NCBI GenBank assembly: GCA_965208945.1
Contig: OZ242366.1
Span: 2,040,483-2,104,482, forward strand
DNA length: 64,000 nt
DNA from: Bryobacterales bacterium
GTDB lineage: Bacteria; Acidobacteriota; Terriglobia; Bryobacterales; UBA6623
Direction: 5' to 3'
The notes under the pieces were generated by a model, which ran no database searches, was not told where the DNA came from, and saw nothing but the letters and a program-made list of their open reading frames with translations. The position numbers were made by a program, and so were the translations under genes. Below are positions 9,327 to 19,024 of the stretch, in pieces; positions within the stretch are counted from its first letter, which is position 1; every line of letters begins with the position of its first letter.

Positions 9327-12227
9327 TCAATCCACGTATAGAAACTCGGCCGAGATCAACAGCGCGTGGGCCAGCGAGCCCAGCGCCGACCAGCGGGCCG
9401 TGTATCCCCGCGGAGCATCGTGGTTCTCGTTTTCCAGATGGCTGCGCCACTTGCCCGACAAATCGCCGATGGTGGCGAGCCCGGCATCGACTTCGTCCGC
9501 GGTAGGCAGCCGAGTCAGTGTTTGCAGATAGAGTTGCTGAATCTGTTTCTCGCGATCATCCGGGAACTCGTCGATCAATCGAGCGGCCAGGAAACGCGCG
9601 TGTCCTCGAACCGTATCACCGTTCATCATCTGCAAGGCCTGCGTCGCGACGGTCGACTGTATCCGCTCGGTACAGTTCGGAGTCAGTTGCGGCAGGTCGA
9701 AGACATCCATTATGGTCGCGGGGGTCTTGCGCCGTTTCAGCACGTAAACCGCTCGACGCCATCCCTTCTTCGTGCCGTCGACAACGATCTCGCCGCTGTC
9801 TTTCGTCGTCACTTGGTCGGGCGGTCCGAACGGCGTGGTGTCGAGTCGCCCCGTCGTCCACAAGATGGAGTCGTAAAGCGCCTCGGCGCTCATGCGACGC
9901 AACGGCATCCGTGAAAGCAGCTTGTTCTCTGGATCCTCGGCCGCCGCATGGTCGCCCAATTGCGAACTCTGCCGGTATGCGGTGGCCGTCATCATCAGGC
10001 GGTGCATCGATTTGATGCTCCAGCCTGAGCGCACGAACTCGGTTGCCAGCCAGTCCAACAACTCCGGATGGCTCGGCCGCGCTCCAGTACGTCCGAAGTT
10101 TGACGGAGTCTCGACGAGGCCGCGGCCGAAGTGATGCAGCCAGATGCGGTTAACCATCACGCGCGCCGTCAGCGGATGATCGGGCTGAGTAAGCCAGCGA
10201 GCCAACGCGATCCTGTTTCCACTGCTGCCGTCGTGTTCCCAGGGCCGCTCGACCTGGAGCGGCTCGAGACCGGCTCGGAGCACCGACGGTACGGCCGGGG
10301 TAACCCTCTCGAGCAGCGACTGCGCCTCGCCGCGGCCCAGCAGATAGACCGCTGACGGCTCACCGCCCATGTCGTAGAGAGCGCGAATCCGGGGCTCGGG
10401 CTTGAGCTTCTGCTTTGCCTCATTGAGAGATTTCTGGGTCGTCTCCCTAAAGGCTTTGAACTCTGGCGAGAGATCGTCTAATTCATCATTTTCGACCTTC
10501 AGTACATCGGAGAACTTCTTGGCCAGGTACTTCTGAATCTCGGTACGCCGCTCGATCGGAGTCTCTTCCAGACGAAGCAGATCCTGTCGCACGGGCTCGG
10601 GCAGTTTGGCCAGCCGCTCCCGAATCAGTTGCTTGCGGTAGGGCTCTGCTTTCTTCTTCAGAGTTGCTTCAAGGCGTTTGATTTCAGCTTCGATCGGCTC
10701 GTTGTTTTGCAGTACTTCCTTCCATTCCGAGGCAAGCCCGACCTTCAGGAGTCGTTCGGTCGGCGGAACCCAATCGTAGGGATCGAAGGAGGTTTGCAGG
10801 ATCGCGCTCAGCCGATAATAGTCGCGCTGCGGAAGAGGGTCGTACTTATGGCTGTGGCAGCGGGCGCAACCGATCGTCAATCCCATCACCGAGGAACCCA
10901 GCACGTGAATCTCATCGGCGATGACGGTCATCCGTTCGGCCAAAGAGCCGTTCGCGGGCGAATAAGTACCGTCGGGAGTCATCCGTAAGAATCCGGTCGA
11001 CGCCAGGATGTCGATGGTCTCCTGGGTAGCTTCTTTGAGATCTTGGTGGTCGACCAACTCATCGCCGGCGATCTGCTCGGTGATGAAGCGGTCGTAAGGC
11101 TTGTCCTGGTTCAGCGCTCGGATCACGGCATCCCGATAGCGCCAGGAGTGCGGCCGCACCTTGTCCGCGTCGATGATGCCTTCCGAATCGGAATAGCCGG
11201 CCAAATCAAGCCAGTGCTGCGCCCACCGCTCTCCGTAATGTCGGGACTCGAGCAGCCTGTCGATCATGCGCTCATAGGCGTCGGGACGGTTGTCGCTCAA
11301 GTAGGCTTTCGCCTCCGACACGGTAGGCGGCATTCCGACCAGGTCGATGTAGGCCCGGCGCAACAGATCAAGCGGGTCGGCCTCGTCAGAGTAAGCCAAT
11401 TGCTTCTCTTCCAGCTTGCGCAACAGGAAGGCGTCAATCGGATTGCGAACCAGGCGAGCGTGCTCGACTGTGGGGACATTCGGTCGCTCAGGAGGTTGAA
11501 AGGACCAGAACTGCCGATCCTCATCGCTGACCAGCGATTCGCTCTCCCTAACTTCCACTACCTCTTTCGGAGCTGGCTGAGCACCGGAAGCGATCCACTT
11601 TCGAAGCGTTTCCACCTCGGCGTCCGTTGGAGACTTGACGTTGTTTGCGAACAGCATGTCCGGCGGGGGCATTTCGCCTGCGGCGACACGTTGGAACATC
11701 AAGCTGCTCTCGGGATCACCCGGCGCCAGCGCGGGTCCCGAGCGGCCGCCTTTCAAACGGCTCGCAATGGTTCGCAGGTCCAGGTTACCTTCACGCCTGC
11801 GCTTGCCGTGGCAAGTGACACAGCGCATCTGGAGAATCGGCAGAACTTCTTTGTCGGTGATCAGCGGACCCAACCCGGAGGTTCCCGGCGCTCCTTGGTG
11901 GATCCAATCGCGGAGGAGCTGCAATTCGTCGTCGGTGAGTTTCTCGCCGACTGGTGGCATAGCGCCGGAAACAACCTTCTGCAAGAGCAGGCTCGTTTCC
12001 GGTGAGCCGGGGAAAATAGCGGGGCCTGATTTGCCGCCCTTGAGGAGCATCTGATGAGATTCGAGATTCAGTTCCGCCTGCGGCGCCTCGGCACCATGGC
12101 AGGACACACACTTTGCTTTCAGAAGAGGTTGTACGGCGCCTTCGAAGCCTATCGAAGGGGCACTCCACCCCGGCAGGCAAAGCATGGCCGCCGCCACAAA
12201 TGGAATCGTCTGTCGAGACCAACTCAT
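9327..12227 (-). CDS. PSCyt1(x2) / DUF1549 / DUF1553 domain protein
   Basis: 966-aa ORF with signal peptide, two CxxCH motifs (CVSCHG, CVTCHG), DLVGMPPTVSE..SRHYGERWAQHWLDLAGYSDS, and CARCHSHKYDPLPQRDYY. Confidence 0.9.
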   Translation of the reverse strand: MSWSRQTIPFVAAAMLCLPGWSAPSIGFEGAVQPLLKAKCVSCHGAEAPQAELNLESHQMLLKGGKSGPAIFPGSPETSLLLQKVVSGAMPPVGEKLTDDELQLLRDWIHQGAPGTSGLGPLITDKEVLPILQMRCVTCHGKRRREGNLDLRTIASRLKGGRSGPALAPGDPESSLMFQRVAAGEMPPPDMLFANNVKSPTDAEVETLRKWIASGAQPAPKEVVEVRESESLVSDEDRQFWSFQPPERPNVPTVEHARLVRNPIDAFLLRKLEEKQLAYSDEADPLDLLRRAYIDLVGMPPTVSEAKAYLSDNRPDAYERMIDRLLESRHYGERWAQHWLDLAGYSDSEGIIDADKVRPHSWRYRDAVIRALNQDKPYDRFITEQIAGDELVDHQDLKEATQETIDILASTGFLRMTPDGTYSPANGSLAERMTVIADEIHVLGSSVMGLTIGCARCHSHKYDPLPQRDYYRLSAILQTSFDPYDWVPPTERLLKVGLASEWKEVLQNNEPIEAEIKRLEATLKKKAEPYRKQLIRERLAKLPEPVRQDLLRLEETPIERRTEIQKYLAKKFSDVLKVENDELDDLSPEFKAFRETTQKSLNEAKQKLKPEPRIRALYDMGGEPSAVYLLGRGEAQSLLERVTPAVPSVLRAGLEPLQVERPWEHDGSSGNRIALARWLTQPDHPLTARVMVNRIWLHHFGRGLVETPSNFGRTGARPSHPELLDWLATEFVRSGWSIKSMHRLMMTATAYRQSSQLGDHAAAEDPENKLLSRMPLRRMSAEALYDSILWTTGRLDTTPFGPPDQVTTKDSGEIVVDGTKKGWRRAVYVLKRRKTPATIMDVFDLPQLTPNCTERIQSTVATQALQMMNGDTVRGHARFLAARLIDEFPDDREKQIQQLYLQTLTRLPTADEVDAGLATIGDLSGKWRSHLENENHDAPRGYTARWSALGSLAHALLISAEFLYVD

Positions 12228-12294
12228 CGTCCCGAGCCCTATCCTTTTTCGGCCACTACCTCAGGACCGTCGCGGGCGCGTTGAACACCGGAAT

Positions 12295-13617
12295 CTACGT
12301 AAGTCCTCCAAGCGGCCGCGAGATGTCGGCCAGGCTCTCGAGCGGCGCTCCCATGCGCTCGGCGATCGAGAGATAAAGCCCCGCCAGCGACGTGTCCTGA
12401 GGATAGGCGATTGTGCGTCCAGTGCGAATCGTCCCGTTTCCGCCACCGGCAAAAATCAGAGGCAGGTCGTGACAGGTGTGCTTGTTGCCGTCCTTGAGGC
12501 CGGATCCCATCACGATCATCGAGTGATCGAGCAGGGTCCCCTCACCTTCGTGAATCGAGTCCATGCGCTCCAGGAAATAGGCCAACTGCTCGACGTGCCA
12601 GCGATTGATCGCCTCGTATTGCACCATGATTTCGGGCTTTTCCTGATGATGCGAGGTAGCGTGCCACTGCTCCGTTACGCCGGGCAGGAAACTGAAATTG
12701 CCGCTGCAGCCGCCGTTCTCGAACATGAACGTGGCGATCCGGGTCTGATTCATCTGGAATGCCAGCACAATCAGATCCAACATCAGCCGCACATGCTCCT
12801 GGCGGTCCTCGGGCATGCGCTCCGGCCGGGCCGGTTGCGGGACGCCCTCTGCTGGCGTCCAACGCTCAGCACCCGCTCGGTCGGCTTGATCGATGCGATC
12901 TTCGACTTCACGGACCGACGTGAGAAACTCGTCGAGTTTTTCACGATCGGGTCGGCTGACGTGCCGCTGCAGGTCTTTCGCCTGGTCATGCACCGCGTCC
13001 AGAATGCTCTTGTTGCGCTGCTGTTTCTCCTTGTCTGCGAACAGCAGATCGAATGCGAAGCGCGGGTCGATCTCCTTGCCGGCGGGCTGCGATGGCGACT
13101 TCCAGGAGATATAGGAACGATAGACCGAAGAATAATCGGTCTGAATCTTTGAATCCGGTTTGATGCCGAGGCACAGCGAGGGCAACGGTGTCTCGTTGCC
13201 GATCTTCTTCACCATGAGCTGATCGAGAGAAGTGCCGACTCTGAGGCGATTCCCTTCGATTTTGTAGTTCTCGACACCCGACAGGAACCCTGAGGTCTTG
13301 CCGGAGTGCGCGGATCGGCTATCCAGCCGCTCGTGCCACAGACCCGATGGAATGATGACCTTGCGCTTGATCGCTTCGAGTGGTTGCAGGATTCGGCTCA
13401 ACTGGAAGTTGTCGCCTTCACCGGTCGCTCCCCACTGCTCGGTCTCCACGCCATTCGGAAAGTAAAACGCCGCGAAGCGGGTTGGCGGTTGCGATGACGG
13501 CTTGAGCCGAGCGGACGCTCCGAAGGCGGGAATCGATTCGAGCCAGGGAAGAAACAGCGTGGTGCCGACGCCCTTGAGGAAGGCCCGGCGTCCGACGAAG
13601 CTTTGAGCCATTTTCAT
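12295..13617 (-). CDS. DUF1552 domain protein
   Basis: 440-aa ORF. N-terminus GRRAFLKGVGTTLFLPWLESI is the typical DUF1552 Tat-like leader. 4-nt overlap with the upstream DUF1592-type gene. Confidence 0.85.
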   Translation of the reverse strand: MKMAQSFVGRRAFLKGVGTTLFLPWLESIPAFGASARLKPSSQPPTRFAAFYFPNGVETEQWGATGEGDNFQLSRILQPLEAIKRKVIIPSGLWHERLDSRSAHSGKTSGFLSGVENYKIEGNRLRVGTSLDQLMVKKIGNETPLPSLCLGIKPDSKIQTDYSSVYRSYISWKSPSQPAGKEIDPRFAFDLLFADKEKQQRNKSILDAVHDQAKDLQRHVSRPDREKLDEFLTSVREVEDRIDQADRAGAERWTPAEGVPQPARPERMPEDRQEHVRLMLDLIVLAFQMNQTRIATFMFENGGCSGNFSFLPGVTEQWHATSHHQEKPEIMVQYEAINRWHVEQLAYFLERMDSIHEGEGTLLDHSMIVMGSGLKDGNKHTCHDLPLIFAGGGNGTIRTGRTIAYPQDTSLAGLYLSIAERMGAPLESLADISRPLGGLT

Positions 13618-16600
13618 CTTTCAGTCCTCCCCTGCACTGCCTGAGTGCTCGTGCTCTCGACTCTTGCTGTTGGCGCCACCTGCCGATAGCGGAATTGGCG
13701 GCTTTCTACAATCGACTGGACAGCCGCCGAAAACCGATATCCGTTAGTCTTCAGGTTCGTCTCCATTGTACGCAAGATTCCGAGGTCTTGAAAGGTCAAA
13801 CTGCGCGCAAGTGCGTAGGCCAGCAGTCGCCGGCAAAATGTCCGGATAAACTTCTTCTTCTCGCGGCCAGACAGCAGAGCTTGCTTGACATCTCTTAGCG
13901 AACCGACCGCCGTACCGTTGGGCAGCTCGGCCCGTGTGTCGACTGCCTGACCGGTCCGCTCGTCCGTCACGCGGAAACGGCCGATCGCGTCGAAATTTTC
14001 CAAGGCGAAGCCCAGCGGATCAAGCCGTCGATGGCACGCCGCGCAGCTTGGAGCCCGCCGATGTGCTTCGAGTTGATCCCGGAACGACACGGGCATGGCC
14101 TCGTCCTCTGTCTCCTGCAATTGGCCGGAAGCGTCAGGCGGCGGAGGGGGAGGAGGGCTGTCGAGCAGGTTCTTCAGGATGTAAAGGCCTCGATCGACCG
14201 GGCTTGTCCGAGCCGGATGCGACGTCAGCGTCAACACGCTCGCCATGCCCAGAATGCCTCCCCGATCGACGTCCCGAAGCTCGACGCGCCGCATCTCGGG
14301 ACCTTCGATCCCCGAGATTCCGTAATGCGCCGCCAACTCCTCATTCACGTACGTGAAATCACAATCGATGAGTTCCAGGATGCTACGGTCTTCTCGGATC
14401 ACCTCTTGCATGAACAGCAGGGCTTCCTGATACATCGCTTCCCTCAGCGATTCCGTATACGCCGGGAAGAGTTCTTGATTGGTCTCCTGATGCTCGCGAA
14501 TATCCCGGAACTCGAGCCAGTGGCCGGCAAATTGATCGGCCAGCGCAACCGAACGCCGGTCACGCAGCATCCGCTCGGTCTGCTCGCGCAACGACGATAC
14601 CTCGCCGAGTTGTCCCTCAGCAGCCAGACGGCGCAATTCCTCGTCCGGCATCGTAGACCAAAGGAAGTAAGACAGTCGGGACGCCAACTCGAATGGATCG
14701 ACTTCTCGAACCGCGCCCCCCTCTCGCTCCCGCTCCGACACGTAAAGGAATTGGGGTGAAACCAATACGCTCTCCGCTACGAACCGGGCGGCATCGTAGC
14801 TGTAAGCCTTGTCGTCCTGGATGTACTTGTCGTAGAGGTCCATCAGTCTTCTGCTCTCGTCGGACCGCAAGGGCCGCCGAAATGCCTTTGTGGCCAGGGC
14901 CTTCAACTGAAATTCGTATGCCTGACGCAAGCGGCTTTCCCCCTCGACCAGCAGTTGGTCGAGAAACTCGACCTGCGCTTTTGCCTCATCACCCGCGAGT
15001 TCTCGAACATCCTGAAGCGTCAGCACCCGCTCGGCGTAGTCTTTGGCGATCATTCTGCGCTCCCAGTTCAGCGCTTGTTCAGTCATTTCGCGGACGTAGC
15101 GGGGCTCTGCACTGGCAAGCAAATACTCTTCCCACCGGCGCAACAACTCGCTCTTTGCCTCGGCCTCGCCGGAGAGCAACATTTCCGCGGCGATGGCAGG
15201 GTGAAGATGAAAGACGCCGCGTTCCGGCGGTTGTCCCGGTTTCTCGGTTGCAATCTGCACCCAGCGATCAGCGCTTGGAAAGTAGTCGCTGACGAAATCT
15301 TCCAGGTAGCGCCGGAATTGCCGGAACTGAGTGCGGTTCGAGAAAGTAAGGCGGGATCCCGGGATGAAGTCAAGACTCTCCGGCCGTGTGGTGGAGACCT
15401 GAAACTGCACCATGCCGTCGTCAAACCATTTGCGGCGCTCCTGATCGGGATGCGTCCGAGATATATCCTGCATGACCCCCCTGACGGTGAATATCGCAGC
15501 ACCATCAGGAACCTGGAACGCCAACAGCGAAGGTGCCCGTACCGCCAAGGCGTGGTCCCACGAGATCGTATTCTCTCGGTAAAGCGGGTTCTCCAAGTTC
15601 ATTCGGGATGGTTCTTCGTAGAGGCGGTTGCGGACCGTCCTCAGATAAGACGCCTGCGTGAAGATGTGCAGGGGGCCGCCCCGACTATTGATCCCGCGGG
15701 CCAGGCGGCCGTCTCCCGATATTGCCTCAACCGGGTCTGATTCGGCCAAAGATCGCACCGACCCATCACGAAATCGAAAGGCTCCATCGAGCCAGGCGGC
15801 GTAGTCAGAGCCGCTTTCTTCCCCGCCGTCGGTTACCAACAGATAAATCATCGATTGACCGGTGGTGTCTATTTCGAAGGGATGACTGTGGTCGCCCCCG
15901 GGTAGCGAGTAGGTGTAGTCGACATCCTCGCGAAAGGTATCGAGCACTGCCTGGAAACGCTTCGCCGCTTGCTCGACCTGGGGCCGGAGTCGAACCGCTT
16001 CCTCCGGATCGCCGCCAGGCGGCAGGTTCTGGAACGGTTCGAAGAGTGCGTCGAAATGTGCTCGAAACTCCCCGAACTGCTCGAAATCCACGCCTTTCCC
16101 ATCAGCGTGAAAATTCTTGTAATCCAGACCCAGGAATCGAGAGAGACGTTGCAGCACTTCGGCGTCGACCCCGTGCCGCCGTGCCGCCTCGTTCCATTGA
16201 GCATCGTCTTTGACATCACCGAGACTCTTGGCTTCCCAAGCTGCGACAAAATACCGCGGAAGGGCGTTCCCCCTCATTTCCAGGTGTTGCCTGACGACGG
16301 CGTCGTAATATTCGCCCAACTCGACCGCAGCGCGGTGAACCCGCTCCGAATGGCGGATCGGCTGCGGCGGCTCCTCGTGAAAGACGAAGCCCCTCGTCGG
16401 CGAAACCTCGGCATGGGAAAGTACGAGCTGCGATGCGCTGACCAGCTTCTCAAGATCCGACGAAGAGAGGAACAGGCTATTGCCGTTGTTCGGCAAGCCG
16501 TCTTCACTCATCCCGTCGGCCGGCAGTAAGCGCGTGACGTCAATCGCGGCGCCCGTCAGGTCACGGAGGGTGTTTCGGAATTCGGCGCGATTCAAGCGGC

Positions 16601-17036
16601 GCACCAGTGGAGCGCTTGGCTCGTCGAGCCCTCTCAGATCCGCTGTTTCAAGTTGATGGTCAATCCAATCGGTCAAAAACCTCCGCCGTTCGTCGCTGGG
16701 ATGAACGGCATGTCCCGTCGGCGGCATGCTGCGTGTAATAACTTGCTCCGCCACCGTTTCCCAGCGCCGGAAGTCCCTGACGAGCGAATCGGGATACTCG
16801 GCCAGTAGTCGTTCAAGGTCGAAGCCTGCAACCTTGACAGTGCTGGCGTGGCAGACATAACAATTCGTCTCGAACAGCGGGCGGACGTGCTGCTCGAACC
16901 GCGCTTTTTCGATCGATGGTATTTCCGGAGGTTGATCCGCTTGCAAAATCTGTGCGCCGAGGAACAGCACCAGCGCCCCGGCCGCCGTGAACGGGAGCAG
17001 TCGGCGGAAGTGCACGTTTGGGACGATCTGCTTCAT
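13614..17036 (-). CDS. DUF1592/DUF1595/DUF1587/DUF1588/DUF1585-type (PSCyt3-like) large secreted protein
   Basis: ORF 13614..17099. Preferred start is M22 (17036), which gives MKQIVPNVHFRRLLPFTAAGALVLFLGAQIL. N-terminal CYVCHA and C-terminal SCAACHRRLDPLGFALENFD motifs. It is the usual partner of DUF1552. Confidence 0.85.
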   Translation of the reverse strand: MKQIVPNVHFRRLLPFTAAGALVLFLGAQILQADQPPEIPSIEKARFEQHVRPLFETNCYVCHASTVKVAGFDLERLLAEYPDSLVRDFRRWETVAEQVITRSMPPTGHAVHPSDERRRFLTDWIDHQLETADLRGLDEPSAPLVRRLNRAEFRNTLRDLTGAAIDVTRLLPADGMSEDGLPNNGNSLFLSSSDLEKLVSASQLVLSHAEVSPTRGFVFHEEPPQPIRHSERVHRAAVELGEYYDAVVRQHLEMRGNALPRYFVAAWEAKSLGDVKDDAQWNEAARRHGVDAEVLQRLSRFLGLDYKNFHADGKGVDFEQFGEFRAHFDALFEPFQNLPPGGDPEEAVRLRPQVEQAAKRFQAVLDTFREDVDYTYSLPGGDHSHPFEIDTTGQSMIYLLVTDGGEESGSDYAAWLDGAFRFRDGSVRSLAESDPVEAISGDGRLARGINSRGGPLHIFTQASYLRTVRNRLYEEPSRMNLENPLYRENTISWDHALAVRAPSLLAFQVPDGAAIFTVRGVMQDISRTHPDQERRKWFDDGMVQFQVSTTRPESLDFIPGSRLTFSNRTQFRQFRRYLEDFVSDYFPSADRWVQIATEKPGQPPERGVFHLHPAIAAEMLLSGEAEAKSELLRRWEEYLLASAEPRYVREMTEQALNWERRMIAKDYAERVLTLQDVRELAGDEAKAQVEFLDQLLVEGESRLRQAYEFQLKALATKAFRRPLRSDESRRLMDLYDKYIQDDKAYSYDAARFVAESVLVSPQFLYVSEREREGGAVREVDPFELASRLSYFLWSTMPDEELRRLAAEGQLGEVSSLREQTERMLRDRRSVALADQFAGHWLEFRDIREHQETNQELFPAYTESLREAMYQEALLFMQEVIREDRSILELIDCDFTYVNEELAAHYGISGIEGPEMRRVELRDVDRGGILGMASVLTLTSHPARTSPVDRGLYILKNLLDSPPPPPPPDASGQLQETEDEAMPVSFRDQLEAHRRAPSCAACHRRLDPLGFALENFDAIGRFRVTDERTGQAVDTRAELPNGTAVGSLRDVKQALLSGREKKKFIRTFCRRLLAYALARSLTFQDLGILRTMETNLKTNGYRFSAAVQSIVESRQFRYRQVAPTARVESTSTQAVQGRTER

Positions 17037-17353
17037 ATCGGAACCGCGTCTCCCCGCTTCCTCGCGCCTCCTCGGCGCTGGGCCTACTACAAGATACATC
17101 TATTGGAACTCGCCTGCTCTCGACGGAAGGGCCTATGGACGAGAACCGGGAAGCGGGCGTTGCGGGTCCGATGTTCAGCCTCTCCGATCTGGATCGAACT
17201 GCTCGAACTGGTGAGCCCCCCTGAGTGTAGTGCCAGAGAGGAGAGTGCACACGAGCTGAATCAGGAAAAACGGGTCGCCTCGTACAATTGGAAAGGAGAG
17301 GAACGGCACACAGAGCATCAGGAAGGAGCCCGCAGCATGGCTCGCAAAACAAG

Positions 17354-17962
17354 ATGGCACACTACCAATTCTTGGTTGACACCTACGAAACCGAGCGCTT
17401 GAAAGTGCTCAGTGTTTGGAGCATGTTCAAAGACGAACACCTTCCCTTTCGACCGCACCCGACAGATCCCCGTGGACGCAGCGTTCATGAACAGATGGTG
17501 CACCAATGCGTGAGTGAGAACCTATGGTTCATGAGCATCCTGGGCATCGACGTGGGCGCTCCCCCTCTGCCGGAAAACGAAACCAGGCTTGCGTTCATCG
17601 AGCGCTACGCAGAGGACTCCGGTAAGCGGCTTGATGCGTTACGTGACAAAGACGACCCCTGGTGGGAGGAGAGGGTAACATTCTTCGAAGAGCTTCGCTC
17701 ACGCGCGTGGGTGATGGTGCGTCGTATCGCTCACACCGCCCATCACCGCGGCCAGCAGACGGCGTTGCTGCGTATGCTCGATTGCCGCCTGCACAGCACC
17801 TACGGCCCCACGGCCGACACCGACGGGCTGATGCAGAACAAGGCCCCGGTCATCTACGCCTATCCGGACCTCGACACTCTGCTCGAGGGCGAGGCCTCCA
17901 GTGGGGCCAAGGCGCCCCTTCCTGGTCCGGGTGACAAACCGCCGACAGAACGGCCCTGCTGA
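17354..17962 (+). CDS. DinB-family (four-helix-bundle metalloenzyme-like) protein
   Basis: ORF 17288..17962; likely start M23 (MAHYQFLVDTYETERLKVL). C-terminal HTAHHRGQQTALLRML is the DinB-superfamily histidine motif. Confidence 0.75.
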   Translation: MAHYQFLVDTYETERLKVLSVWSMFKDEHLPFRPHPTDPRGRSVHEQMVHQCVSENLWFMSILGIDVGAPPLPENETRLAFIERYAEDSGKRLDALRDKDDPWWEERVTFFEELRSRAWVMVRRIAHTAHHRGQQTALLRMLDCRLHSTYGPTADTDGLMQNKAPVIYAYPDLDTLLEGEASSGAKAPLPGPGDKPPTERPC

Positions 17963-18048
17963 GCTCTGTCCCGATCGTCCGCCCAAGGATACGGCCTTTC
18001 CCATCTTGCACCTGTTGAGGCGTAGTAACATGTAAGCTGTGAGGCGCA

Positions 18049-18070
18049 TTCTGTTCGCTTTCTGTTCGCT
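18049..18070 (+). promoter_or_regulatory. Perfect tandem 11-bp direct repeat (TTCTGTTCGCT x2) 19 nt upstream of the macrodomain gene; candidate operator
   Basis: Read directly: TTCTGTTCGCT at 18049-18059 and again at 18060-18070. The gene's ATG is at 18089. Confidence 0.4.
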
Positions 18071-18088
18071 GATGAGCTGGAGAGTCGC

Positions 18089-19015
18089 ATGATCACGTAT
18101 GTGAATGGAGACCTTCTCAAGTCACCTGCACATGTCTTGGTGAACACGGTCAACACCGTGGGGGTGATGGGTAAGGGCGTCGCCAAGGAGTTTAAGCGGC
18201 TATTCCCAAACATGTTTCGACAGTACCGCAACATCTGTGAAGACAAGAAGTTCGATATCGGCAACCTGTTCCTCTACAAGACCGCCAACAAATGGGTGCT
18301 CAACTTCCCGACCAAGAAACACTGGAGGAATCCATCCCGCCCTGAATACATTGAGAAAGGATTGCAGAAGCTTGTGTCGATCTACCTTGATGCTGGGATT
18401 TACGACCTGGCCATGCCCTTGCTCGGATGCGGACACGGAGAACTAGATTGGCCGACTCAGGTAAGGCCGATCGTCGAGAAGCACATGAAAAACCTTCCAA
18501 TAAATGTCTTCGTGCACTTTTACCCTCCTGGCCGGATACCAACTCCTGAGCATCGCAATATTGCAGAGATGGAGACTTGGCTCCGGTCAGAACCCGCACA
18601 TCTCCCTTTCGCCGAAGTGTGGTTGGATCTCTTACGGGTCCTTGAACGGAAGACGGAGTTCCAGACCTTGGCTGGAAAGAACAACAAGTTCAAGGCTATT
18701 GCTTCCGAGGATCCGCAAGGAATCTGGATCGAGGCCGACAAAAAAAAGGCTTTTGTGGATGCCTCGGGTCTTCTCGATTTCTGGCAGCAGCTAAGGTCCT
18801 ACGGCTTTACCTCGCGTCAGATCGCGCCGTCCGGCTTGTCTCGTAACTCCTACTACCTGATGCCCATTTTCGCCGAACTTAACTACGTGGCGGCGGCGAG
18901 TATCTCCGAATCGTACGAACGTTTGCGAAACGGCTCTGAGACCATCGGCCTTCAGTACGTGCCTCAGCCGCTAACCAGCCAGATGGGTCTGTTTAATGCC
19001 AGTGTGACTCTTTAG
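18089..19015 (+). CDS. TARG1/DarG-type macrodomain protein with a C-terminal domain of about 150 aa (putative antitoxin / ADP-ribosyl hydrolase)
   Basis: 308 aa. N-terminus ITYVNGDLLKSPAHVLVNTVNTVGVMGKGVAKEFKRLFP, then NFPTKKHWRNPSRPEYIEKGLQKL and DLAMPLLGCGHGELDW. These parallel TARG1 as recalled (ITYVKGDLF.., ITKKRASHKPTYENLQKSL, DLSMPRIGCGLDRLQW), including the catalytic Lys and Asp positions. Local G+C about 47%. Confidence 0.8.
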   Translation: MITYVNGDLLKSPAHVLVNTVNTVGVMGKGVAKEFKRLFPNMFRQYRNICEDKKFDIGNLFLYKTANKWVLNFPTKKHWRNPSRPEYIEKGLQKLVSIYLDAGIYDLAMPLLGCGHGELDWPTQVRPIVEKHMKNLPINVFVHFYPPGRIPTPEHRNIAEMETWLRSEPAHLPFAEVWLDLLRVLERKTEFQTLAGKNNKFKAIASEDPQGIWIEADKKKAFVDASGLLDFWQQLRSYGFTSRQIAPSGLSRNSYYLMPIFAELNYVAAASISESYERLRNGSETIGLQYVPQPLTSQMGLFNASVTL

Positions 19016-19024
19016 GATGACAAG

